From the IMG/VR virus record IMGVR_UViG_3300024999_000035, positions 1-64,000 of that record: a stretch of DNA of 64,000 nucleotides; one strand, given 5' to 3'. Under the pieces are notes generated by a model. It had not been told where the DNA came from, did not search any database, and saw only the letters and a list, made by a program, of their open reading frames with translations. The DNA comes from a virus. Its lineage: Duplodnaviria; Heunggongvirae; Uroviricota; Caudoviricetes. Made by a program: the position numbers and the translations under genes. Below are positions 28,961 through 37,648 of this stretch, piece by piece (position 1 is the stretch's first letter; each line of letters starts with the position of its first letter).

Positions 28961-30050
28961 ATGATATGAATTACACTCTGGACAATCCCATTCTCTAATA
29001 GATAAATCTTTTACTTCAATGTTTTTATAACCACAAACATTACATAATTGAGAAGAAGGAAAAAATCTATCTACTTTCTGAACAATCCTATCATGCCATA
29101 ATGATTTATATTGTATTATTCTAACAAACTCACTCCAAGATACATCATTAATTGCTTTTGCCAATTTATGATTCTTAACCATATTTTTAACAGACAAATC
29201 TTCTAAGCAAATTATTTGGTTTTCTTTAATAAGCCTAGTTGATAATTTTTGTAAAAAGTCATTTCTTTGATTAGTAATCTTTTCATGAACTATGTTGAGT
29301 TTAATTCTCGCTTTATTCCGATTTTTGCTACCTTTTTTCTTCTTAGAAAGTTTTCTTTGTGTCTTTTTTAATTTATCTTCAAGTTTAGATAAATATTTTG
29401 GATTGTCAATAATTTCACCTTCTGACGTAATCGCAAATTCTTTTAATCCTAAATCTATTCCCACAATGTTTTTATTGTTCTCGAATTCTACAACATCTAC
29501 TTCAGTACAACATATAGATACAAAATATTTACCAGAACAAGTCTTAGTAATAGTGCAATTCAATATTCTCCCTTGTATTTCTCTTGATTTAGCAAATTTA
29601 ACCAATCCAAGCTTAGGCAATTTAATTAAATTACCTTCAATTCTAATATTGTTGTTAGTTAAGGTAGTTCTATAACTACACTCATGATTATGTTTAGATT
29701 TAAACTTAGGAAATCCCTGATCTTTATTACCATTCTTAATTTCTCTAAAGAAATTTTGATATGCTCTGTCTAAATCTTTTAAAGAATTCTGTAAAGCAAA
29801 TTTATCTATTTCCTTTAACCATTCTTTTTCTTTTTTAAGAATAGTTAAATCCGCAGAACAAGCATTATAATTCATAGATTTTTGTTCTGTTTTATATAGT
29901 TCAATTCTTTTAGCTAAATAGTTATTATAAACAAATCTGCAAGATCCAAATGTTTTTGCTAATTGTATTTTCTGATTTTCATCAGGACATAATCTAAACT
30001 TAAATGCTTTTTCTGTCATAAATAAATTCATCTACCTTTCTTTTTGAGTA
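28772..30050 (-). mobile_element. compact TnpB-only IS200/605-type element, copy A (left end approximate)
   Basis: Right-end boundary defined by loss of similarity to copy B. Left end shares GAATTwATTyATG with copy B. Confidence 0.55.
28898..30031 (-). CDS. tnpB: TnpB (IS200/IS605-family OrfB, IS1341-like), intact
   Basis: RuvC-I IVGIDLG, RuvC-II ICLEDL, RuvC-III NRDVNAAINI, and zinc finger CNVCG...CPECN. A second in-frame ATG at 30019 aligns with the copy B start. Confidence 0.9.
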   Translation of the reverse strand: MNLFMTEKAFKFRLCPDENQKIQLAKTFGSCRFVYNNYLAKRIELYKTEQKSMNYNACSADLTILKKEKEWLKEIDKFALQNSLKDLDRAYQNFFREIKNGNKDQGFPKFKSKHNHECSYRTTLTNNNIRIEGNLIKLPKLGLVKFAKSREIQGRILNCTITKTCSGKYFVSICCTEVDVVEFENNKNIVGIDLGLKEFAITSEGEIIDNPKYLSKLEDKLKKTQRKLSKKKKGSKNRNKARIKLNIVHEKITNQRNDFLQKLSTRLIKENQIICLEDLSVKNMVKNHKLAKAINDVSWSEFVRIIQYKSLWHDRIVQKVDRFFPSSQLCNVCGYKNIEVKDLSIREWDCPECNSYHNRDVNAAINIRNEGMRLLSA

Positions 30051-30578
30051 TTGATATAGCTCTCAATTTGTTATTCTTCTTTAATTCAGGATGATGCTGA
30101 AACATTCTTATCAATTTCCATAACTGCAAGATTAAACATAGATACTGCGTTTTCTACAACCCCTATTGCCTTTTGAATCATCATAGAAGGTGTTAATTGC
30201 TTTTTCTTAAACATATCAATCTCCCCTTTTAATTTTATATTTAATTTAATAATATAACTTATGTATTTTTATATCTAATAATTAACTCATTAATTTCTTG
30301 TTCCTCAGATTCACTTAATTTTTCACAGCATAAAACACATGACTTTAAAAATGCTAGTGCTTGAATAACTTCATTTTTCATTTTATCACCACCTTTCAAT
30401 TTAATCATTCAATTACCTATATATTTTCTAGCTTCTCTAATTGTTTCACTTTCTTTTTCAAAAGAATAATTTGAACCAGTTTGTTCGCTTTTGATATCCA
30501 TTAATAATTTAAGACAATGGATTAAAAGTTTAACGATTAACTTATTTGTATTCATAACAATTCTCCTTCAATCAAGAA

Positions 30579-30812
30579 TTAATATAATTTATCAGACAAC
30601 ACTTTCACAATATTATAAATGTCATCAATTTCACTTAGTCCTTTAATACTTTCTAATCCTTCTTTAATAATATTTACACCATTTTCTATTGAATCAAGCA
30701 TATTATCAACGTCATCTTTTGAAACGAACAATTCTTTAAGAGTAAAACCAAAATCATTATCTTTTAATTCTTCTAAGGTATATGTATTAAATTCTTTTCT
30801 TAATGAACTCAA
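30579..30812 (-). CDS. hypothetical small acidic protein
   Basis: 77-aa ORF. Confidence 0.4.
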   Translation of the reverse strand: MSSLRKEFNTYTLEELKDNDFGFTLKELFVSKDDVDNMLDSIENGVNIIKEGLESIKGLSEIDDIYNIVKVLSDKLY

Positions 30813-30844
30813 TTTATTTACCTCCTTTCTTAGAACAATTAAAT

Positions 30845-31243
30845 TTACTTTACTGCATTTTTAACAGCGTTTGACAAATCTTGTAAAGCGTAATATTGAG
30901 GATTGATCAAATGTTTTATTCCATTTGTTAGTTCTGACATTCCGAATATTAAAAATATAATAATACTAACTACTATGACCGCAATACTAATTACCATAGC
31001 AATAATATATTCTTCTTCATCGTAATCATCTTTTTCTTTTAGTTTCTTTGCATATTTTAAGATTTTAAAACTAACTATTCCACATCCTACAATAAATATA
31101 AGGAATAACACTGATGCCCAAATTAATGATGATATTCCATCTACATAAGATTGTTGCATATAAATTTTAAATACCTCTTGTCCCGTAGAACTTACTTGTT
31201 CATCCAATTTACTAAGAAAATCTAATATCAATTTTGTATCCAT
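30845..31243 (-). CDS. membrane protein (2 predicted TM helices)
   Basis: Hydrophobic stretches LIWASVLFLIFIVGCGIVSF and IIAMVISIAVIVVSIIIFLIF. Confidence 0.5.
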   Translation of the reverse strand: MDTKLILDFLSKLDEQVSSTGQEVFKIYMQQSYVDGISSLIWASVLFLIFIVGCGIVSFKILKYAKKLKEKDDYDEEEYIIAMVISIAVIVVSIIIFLIFGMSELTNGIKHLINPQYYALQDLSNAVKNAVK

Positions 31244-31301
31244 TTTATTTCTCTCCTTTTATATTCTATTCATTATCCATTAAAAACTACATTTTAAATA
31301 C

Positions 31302-31730
31302 TCAATTTATATCTATTTGTTCAAATTCTTTCTGTAACTCTTCAATTTTCTTTGATAGCTCAATTATTAATGCATTATGGATTATATCTTTATAAAAATC
31401 TCTTTCATTAACTCCTAAGCTATCAAAAATTTCTTTAGAAGTAATATTTAAGGAATTGTAACCGTACTCTTCTTTATAGTCATAACTTGGGCATCCATCC
31501 TGTTGTTGAGATAATTTAAAACCAAAATCTTTTACATCATAATTATTTTTAGTATAAACATATTGGTCACTATCTTCTCCAAAGTCTTTAAATGGATTAT
31601 CTCTCCTATATTCGCAATTAGACATATACTCCAATTTATTAACAAACTCTTGCAATTCCTTTATTCTTTTATTTAATTCTAGCAACCTATGTAACTTCCA
31701 TTCATTTTTAGTGAATAATTCTCTATCCAT
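31302..31730 (-). CDS. hypothetical protein
   Basis: 142-aa ORF. Confidence 0.45.
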   Translation of the reverse strand: MDRELFTKNEWKLHRLLELNKRIKELQEFVNKLEYMSNCEYRRDNPFKDFGEDSDQYVYTKNNYDVKDFGFKLSQQQDGCPSYDYKEEYGYNSLNITSKEIFDSLGVNERDFYKDIIHNALIIELSKKIEELQKEFEQIDIN

Positions 31731-32125
31731 TAATCACATCCTCCACAATCACAGCTCCCTGAGTCATAACTACCACCAGAATCATATGAACTATGAGAAT
31801 CATGTGAACTGCTATGAGAATTACTTCCATAGTCATGATATACAGGATAAAAATCATCATCATATGTATTGTGACTATGAATAGCGTTTGAAGTTTTTGA
31901 AGGTATTTTTGTTTTCTTTGTAGTTGATGAAGTAATTGGTGTAGTTTTAACATCTGTATTAACTTTAGCAAACTTAATTCTTTCATGCGCTGGTCTGGTA
32001 TATGGAATGATAATCTCATTTTCTGATTTCTTACTTTTAGTATTTTTGGAGTTAATTATATAATATCCTATTCCTAAACCACCTAGAGCAACAAAACCAG
32101 TAATTACACCTATAGACATTGACAT
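31730..32125 (-). CDS. membrane-anchored His/Ser/Asp-rich protein with C-terminal Cys cluster (putative metal-binding)
   Basis: N-terminal TM helix GVITGFVALGGLGIGYYII. C-terminal SNSHSSSHDSHSSYDSGGSYDSGSCDCGGCD. Confidence 0.5.
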   Translation of the reverse strand: MSMSIGVITGFVALGGLGIGYYIINSKNTKSKKSENEIIIPYTRPAHERIKFAKVNTDVKTTPITSSTTKKTKIPSKTSNAIHSHNTYDDDFYPVYHDYGSNSHSSSHDSHSSYDSGGSYDSGSCDCGGCD

Positions 32126-32143
32126 AAATTTTACACTCCTTTT

Positions 32144-32380
32144 TTATTCAATCTCTTTTAATACTTCTTTAGCATTACAATATGGACATAATTCTGTAGG
32201 ATCATCAAAATACATATTCTTGCACTGACAAGCATTATCAACTAATTGAATGTACATATCTAACAAATATTCTAACGCATCTTTTAAATTGTCTTTATCA
32301 ATAATTAGTTTGCCTAATTTCTTTGTAGTTTCATTTCTTAGACTATCCAATTCATCACACATAGTTTTGCTCCTTTTCAC
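32144..32380 (-). CDS. hypothetical small Cys-containing protein
   Basis: 78-aa ORF with CQC ... CPYC. Confidence 0.4.
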   Translation of the reverse strand: MKRSKTMCDELDSLRNETTKKLGKLIIDKDNLKDALEYLLDMYIQLVDNACQCKNMYFDDPTELCPYCNAKEVLKEIE

Positions 32381-32388
32381 TTAAATTC

Positions 32389-32727
32389 TTAATTTGAAGC
32401 TAAAATATTCCACTTATTTAAAGCATTTATTAATATCATCATTTGTCCACGAATTAAATTTTCTAAATGTTCTTCACTGTAAACTTCATCCATCTCACTA
32501 TTAAATATAGTGTGTTCTAAAAACCCAATCCAATCAACATATCCAGTTGAACTATATGTAAAACATATTCCTTCATTTTCAAATAGTTTATCGGATTCCA
32601 ACATCTCTTCGTTTAGTTTTTCTATTACTCTTAAATAGTTTTCTGGTTTAAGCAATAATTTCCCTCCTTTCCAATTTGTATAGATATTACAAATCCTTCG
32701 CCTTAACATTGTCCCTAATAATATCAA
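32389..32727 (-). CDS. hypothetical protein
   Basis: 112-aa ORF. Confidence 0.4.
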   Translation of the reverse strand: MILLGTMLRRRICNIYTNWKGGKLLLKPENYLRVIEKLNEEMLESDKLFENEGICFTYSSTGYVDWIGFLEHTIFNSEMDEVYSEEHLENLIRGQMMILINALNKWNILASN

Positions 32728-32941
32728 TCATCTCAAACATAAGTTCTTTTAATTTCTTCTGCACTTCCTTGTCTAATGTCTGGATGCAAGGATGAGTCTT
32801 AAATGTACATGAGTCCTTTAGTAGTCCCTGCTCAATCATTGTTTTATTGATTGTTACCATAATTAAAGGAATATGTTTGTTGAAGTTTATGATTTTACTA
32901 ATAAATTTCTTTAGCATTTTATCTCCTTTCTTAATAATCAT
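32687..32941 (-). CDS. hypothetical protein
   Basis: 84-aa ORF overlapping the next gene. Confidence 0.35.
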   Translation of the reverse strand: MIIKKGDKMLKKFISKIINFNKHIPLIMVTINKTMIEQGLLKDSCTFKTHPCIQTLDKEVQKKLKELMFEMIDIIRDNVKAKDL

Positions 32942-33136
32942 TTAATTGCTAATGTGGTCTAAAATTATATGATCCTATGTATTCCCAACCTTTTTCCTCT
33001 GTCCGTATCAAAAAATATATTTCTGATCCAGAAGACAATACATCAAACACTTGATAGAATGGTTTTGAGTAATAAGTATCTGGTAGCCCTTCAACATTAA
33101 ACATTTAAAATTTCACCTCCCTATAGAAGAGTAACT

Positions 33137-33331
33137 TCATTCTGTAACTGGACACCATTCTGGAACATTGCATTCTTTTCTAATATTATAAGGTCTGCAT
33201 GCACAAGTAATTATTTTATTATTTATATTACACACAACTTTCATGTCATCATCACAAAACCAGTCATGAGGATCTGGGTCTGGTAAAACTCTATGAGCCA
33301 AACAATCAATGCAATTTTTAATATTTTTCAT
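33137..33331 (-). CDS. small Cys-rich protein
   Basis: 64 aa containing 9 Cys. Confidence 0.4.
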   Translation of the reverse strand: MKNIKNCIDCLAHRVLPDPDPHDWFCDDDMKVVCNINNKIITCACRPYNIRKECNVPEWCPVTE

Positions 33332-33386
33332 TATTTATCTCCTTTCGATACCATAAAAGAAATATTTTAAAGCATATAATTTATAT

Positions 33387-33680
33387 TTAACTCTTCTTTT
33401 TAGTTGTAGCAGTCTTGGATTTAACAGTAGGTGATTTTGTACCAACAGGTGGTTTTATCACGTTAGAACTGCCTGTAGATGTCTTAGGTTTGACTTTCTT
33501 GTGTTTGCTTTCACCCAAATCATCAAGATCCAAAACCTCATCTTCGAACCAACTCATTTCTTCATCATCGTCATCTTGTTGTGATTGCTGTATTTGAGGT
33601 TGTTGAACTTTATTAGATTTTGCCCCACAACCTGATAATATAAGGATTGGAATGATTGATGTGATAAGTAGTTTTTTCAC
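33387..33680 (-). CDS. lipoprotein (signal peptide + lipobox LSGC)
   Basis: MKKLLITSIIPILILSGCG, followed by an acidic and Lys/Thr-rich low-complexity region. Directly downstream of promoter 33728..33756. Confidence 0.55.
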   Translation of the reverse strand: MKKLLITSIIPILILSGCGAKSNKVQQPQIQQSQQDDDDEEMSWFEDEVLDLDDLGESKHKKVKPKTSTGSSNVIKPPVGTKSPTVKSKTATTKKKS

Positions 33681-33727
33681 TTATGCATCTCTCCTTTGTT
33701 TTTATTTTCGTTTTGTCCTATGTATAG

Positions 33728-33756
33728 ATTATACATTATTTGATTATATATGTCAA
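33728..33756 (-). promoter_or_regulatory. consensus sigma70 promoter (-35 TTGACA, 17 nt, -10 TATAAT) with AAATAAAAT UP element
   Basis: Minus-strand read aagtaagaaataaaataTTGACAtatataatcaaataatgTATAAT. Confidence 0.65.
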
Positions 33757-33767
33757 TATTTTATTTC

Positions 33768-35048
33768 TTACTTTACACTTATTCCTTCAATAGTTTTACT
33801 TAATATTTCTTCAATTCTATCAAATTCATAATACCAAATCTCAAGAAAATTATACTCTTTTTCTAAAGCGTATTCTTTCTTTCGTCTGTCATGTTCGACT
33901 TGTTTTTCAAAGTCTTTAATTGATTTATGTATTCCTTTTACAAATCTTTCATGCATTTCACCTTGATATTCTATAAGTAAATTATATTGAGATAAATAAA
34001 AATCATAAGATAATAAACATCCACCTAGACCAATTAGTCCTTCAAATGTTTTTTGTGGTATGTAATTTATTTCTTTGTCGAATAATTTCTTGCCAACTTC
34101 AATTTCACCTATTGAACATTGACATTCTGGACATCTAAAATCACGCGAATTAGAACCATCAATGTTTCTCTTATAGTCTTTATGTTTACCGTCTTTACAT
34201 TTCCACCAAACTTCTTTACCACTACGAGGAGCATATTCGTATGGAGATTTTTTATTTTTATTAGACCATAAATTTAAAACTTCAGGATGTATAATACCTA
34301 AACTATCTAATTTATGCAGTATATGATTATTATTACAGTATGAACATCTTCTATCATTATAAAAATTACATGGTGACACATCATAACTCCCATGGTGTTC
34401 TTTATCTTGGCATTTAATCCATACTTTATTTCTTGCACATTTATCAATCTTCCAAGGATTAACAGTGTTTTTATCATGATCCCAATACTTTTCTAAAAAA
34501 TCTTCTCCTAGATTATCTACTCCCCATTGTGCAAACGAATTACATTGTTTGCATTTTATAGATCCTTCCTGTCCACCAGTAAAAGCATTAATATTCTTTA
34601 ATTCACTATTATGTAAACTTCTTGGGCATTTAAAATAATGTTTTTTATTTGTAGCAAAACCTATTTCATTTGGGTTCTTTTTATTTAACTCATAGTCCCA
34701 TCTGTCAAGAATGTCTTGTCGATTATTTTCAATACACCATTGTTCAAAAGATTTGCCATTCTTTAATTTTGATATTCTAAATCTTTCCTGACCGCATTTT
34801 AGACAATAATATTTTCCATCTTCCTTCATTATTCTTTTATAACTATGCCATATTACAGGTTTGGTAATTGGAGTAGTACATTCTTTGCAATCACATTTGA
34901 CGTTTACTTCCACAGGACTACCATCTGTCAAATCTTCCACTTTAACTTCAAATTCGTCACCCATCTTAGTATAAACATAACCCTTACTTTTATACCACTT
35001 TATATTGTTTGAATTCCACCTAATAATAACATTTTTAGTTAATAACAT
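33768..35048 (-). CDS. zinc-ribbon-repeat protein with C-terminal Vsr/DUF559-like PD-(D/E)xK endonuclease domain (homing-endonuclease-like)
   Basis: Three W-D-x-x-x-N...P...WWKC-type zinc-ribbon repeats (WDYELNKKNP, WDHDKNTVNP...VWIKC, LWSNKNKKSP...VWWKCKDGKH). C-terminal LIEYQGEMHERF. N-terminal paralogue of the 62027..63523 gene. Confidence 0.5.
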   Translation of the reverse strand: MLLTKNVIIRWNSNNIKWYKSKGYVYTKMGDEFEVKVEDLTDGSPVEVNVKCDCKECTTPITKPVIWHSYKRIMKEDGKYYCLKCGQERFRISKLKNGKSFEQWCIENNRQDILDRWDYELNKKNPNEIGFATNKKHYFKCPRSLHNSELKNINAFTGGQEGSIKCKQCNSFAQWGVDNLGEDFLEKYWDHDKNTVNPWKIDKCARNKVWIKCQDKEHHGSYDVSPCNFYNDRRCSYCNNNHILHKLDSLGIIHPEVLNLWSNKNKKSPYEYAPRSGKEVWWKCKDGKHKDYKRNIDGSNSRDFRCPECQCSIGEIEVGKKLFDKEINYIPQKTFEGLIGLGGCLLSYDFYLSQYNLLIEYQGEMHERFVKGIHKSIKDFEKQVEHDRRKKEYALEKEYNFLEIWYYEFDRIEEILSKTIEGISVK

Positions 35049-35077
35049 TACATCACTCCTTTTCTGTGCAGTATAAA

Positions 35078-37648
35078 TTATTTAATCATACTATCGTTAA
35101 TTTTATTTCCCAATTTACTAGCAGTTCTGATACTATCATCATCTTCCAAATTAACATCAAACTGTCCGACAATTGCTTTACTTTCTGCCATTTTACGCTG
35201 ATAACGCTTGATAATCCCATTCTCACATGAATTGTCGTAATAGAAATGAAAAATTCTGTTTTCTTCTGTGCTATTAGCCCTATAACCTCTTCTATTTGAC
35301 TGACTAACAACATTTACATGATAACTGGGCATATAATTCAAAAACGTCTGCAAAAATACAAGATTTAATCCTACTTGAACTAACATAGGGTTAGTTATCA
35401 ATACTTGAAAATCATTTTTCTTTTTCTCAAGTAATTCCTTTCTTTCGTATGTAGGAATAGAAGGCTTCAGAGTAAAAAACTTAATATTATTTTTTGATAA
35501 TAAAGATTCAATTCTTTTAGCAATAGTATCTCCCATCATATATTCCCCACCACCATTGAAATCAACATATATACAGCATTTTCTTCCTTCAAAAATTTCT
35601 AGCAAAACTCTATCTAATATTGCTTGTTCTTTTGGTAAAATACAATTAGTAATACATTTTGGTTGAACTTCAGTATAACTTTCTTCTCCTCTATTAATAG
35701 GAATACTACTCCAATTAAATGGATTGTTAACATAGTGTTTTAATATACTATCTTCGTACATTTTTGCATTAAAGGCATTAGCCGATTTAATATCACTCCA
35801 CAGATTGCGTTCTAAGCGTTCCATTTCGTCACTTTGACATATTGGTATGTAATACTCATTTAAGTCTGGCAAATCCTTTCCTAGATCGTCCAGAGTAGCA
35901 AATATGTAATTCTCTACTAAATATTTACTGAACACAATAGGGTTTATCCCTTCGATTTCTTTGAACTCGCTATCCTTTATTTCACTTCTACCAGAACGAT
36001 AGTATTCTCCATCTTTCTTTTTGCTTACCGCCATTAATGTCCCATACGTCTTAATAAATTTCTCTATTTCCATTACATCATTTTCCTTTAGTTTATTAGG
36101 TAACAATCCTAATAATAAATTAAATAAACTCGAACTATAACCATTATTACTGGTTCCTGAGTTTAATATTATTTTCTTAGCATAATTAAACAATGTCCTA
36201 GTAGCATTCCCAATAATTGTCTGTCCGTTGCTCTCGTGAATTTCATCGCAAATCACACTGTCAAAATGAATATTCTTAGTTTTAATAAATCTAATTAAAC
36301 TACTTTTCTTTGTCTTATCGTATGTACTCTGCCATAATACAGCATCACAATTCGAACATTTATAATTTGATTTCTTAGGATTACCTTCAAAATCTTTCTG
36401 GGTGAAAAATACATCTTCCTTTTTTCTTAATTCATTTTGTAAAGGTCTTCCACAGTCTGGACAACAAGCGATAGTTATTTTCTCTTTAACATCTTTAATT
36501 TGTGAATAACTATAGTATCCACCACTCTGTACTTCTTTTTTATGTTTAATTTCCATTGTTCTAATGTTTACACCAGATATTCGTTTTGCATCAAGTTTAA
36601 ATGTTTCTTTACCAACTAGAAAATAAGTTGGCTTATTAAATTTTAACCCAGTCATATTATATATTTGAATGAATTCTGATGTTTTCTTAATTATATGGAT
36701 ATCAATTTTATCTCCTACACTATTTTTTATTTCATCTTTCCATTGAGTTAATGTAATTGCTGGAGCCATAATTAATGTAACATAGTTTTGTTTATTAGGA
36801 TATAAATGGCAATGATTAATTTTTGTTGCATTCATTGTTTTTCCAAAACCTTGACTTAAAGCCAAATACACAAATCTGCTTCTTTTTAGGACTTCTAAAG
36901 CAGATTGAATAATAGGAACTTGACCATCAAATGGTTTCATCTTTCCTTCAAACATTTTTTGATTAATATTCTTAGGATCAAATAAAATTCTAACATTTTG
37001 TTTCAATCTATCTTTAATAGGATTTAAAAATGCAAGTATATAGTCCTGAATATCGTCAATTTTGCTCCAATCAAAATCTTCCTCATATCCTTCTAATGTC
37101 AAAGCATTTAAACTCTGTTTAAAATAAGTCACATTAATCTTATATACCTTTAAATCAGTATATAAATGATTATTGGTGTAAACTATACATTCGCTAACAC
37201 AACCATAATTAGAAGATTTATATTTAGAATTATTAATTTCATCTTTATCCAAAATCATTTTAACAATCTCAGCAGTAACAGGTAAGTAATGAATATTTCT
37301 CAAATATTTTGTAAGAATCTTATTCTTATCTTCATTATTCCAATTAATACAATAATCATTTATTTTAGTATTATAAATAATTGTATGAGTTAAATCATTA
37401 TCCATTCTGTCCGACTTATAACGATAACGATTTTCTCTACCATACAATGTTTGTTCAAAGAAGATATCTTCTCTATCTCGTAAAGTAATATGATAAGAAT
37501 GAGAGATTAAATCGGAACATATTTTTCTATTCTTGATGTGTAGGTCGCATAGACTGATTAATATTGGATCTCCATTATCCAGTATAATTAAATCAGCATT
37601 ACAATTGATAGTATTTTTATCTGTTGTTCGCAAGTAAGGAATCAACAA
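35078..37648 (-). CDS. SNF2/DExH-family helicase with internal zinc ribbon
   Basis: Walker A LSQGFGKTM, DExH box ICDEIHES, zinc ribbon CCPDCG...CSNCD. TTG start overlaps the stop of the upstream methyltransferase (TAATTG). Confidence 0.75.
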   Translation of the reverse strand: MLIPYLRTTDKNTINCNADLIILDNGDPILISLCDLHIKNRKICSDLISHSYHITLRDREDIFFEQTLYGRENRYRYKSDRMDNDLTHTIIYNTKINDYCINWNNEDKNKILTKYLRNIHYLPVTAEIVKMILDKDEINNSKYKSSNYGCVSECIVYTNNHLYTDLKVYKINVTYFKQSLNALTLEGYEEDFDWSKIDDIQDYILAFLNPIKDRLKQNVRILFDPKNINQKMFEGKMKPFDGQVPIIQSALEVLKRSRFVYLALSQGFGKTMNATKINHCHLYPNKQNYVTLIMAPAITLTQWKDEIKNSVGDKIDIHIIKKTSEFIQIYNMTGLKFNKPTYFLVGKETFKLDAKRISGVNIRTMEIKHKKEVQSGGYYSYSQIKDVKEKITIACCPDCGRPLQNELRKKEDVFFTQKDFEGNPKKSNYKCSNCDAVLWQSTYDKTKKSSLIRFIKTKNIHFDSVICDEIHESNGQTIIGNATRTLFNYAKKIILNSGTSNNGYSSSLFNLLLGLLPNKLKENDVMEIEKFIKTYGTLMAVSKKKDGEYYRSGRSEIKDSEFKEIEGINPIVFSKYLVENYIFATLDDLGKDLPDLNEYYIPICQSDEMERLERNLWSDIKSANAFNAKMYEDSILKHYVNNPFNWSSIPINRGEESYTEVQPKCITNCILPKEQAILDRVLLEIFEGRKCCIYVDFNGGGEYMMGDTIAKRIESLLSKNNIKFFTLKPSIPTYERKELLEKKKNDFQVLITNPMLVQVGLNLVFLQTFLNYMPSYHVNVVSQSNRRGYRANSTEENRIFHFYYDNSCENGIIKRYQRKMAESKAIVGQFDVNLEDDDSIRTASKLGNKINDSMIK

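Noticed and set aside
31723-32019. 98-aa minus-strand ORF overlapping 31730..32125 in another frame. Also the same-strand internal ORFs 35086..35313, 6398..6589, 39142..39351 and 175..390.
   Set aside because: These are alternative-frame artefacts inside or overlapping better-supported genes.
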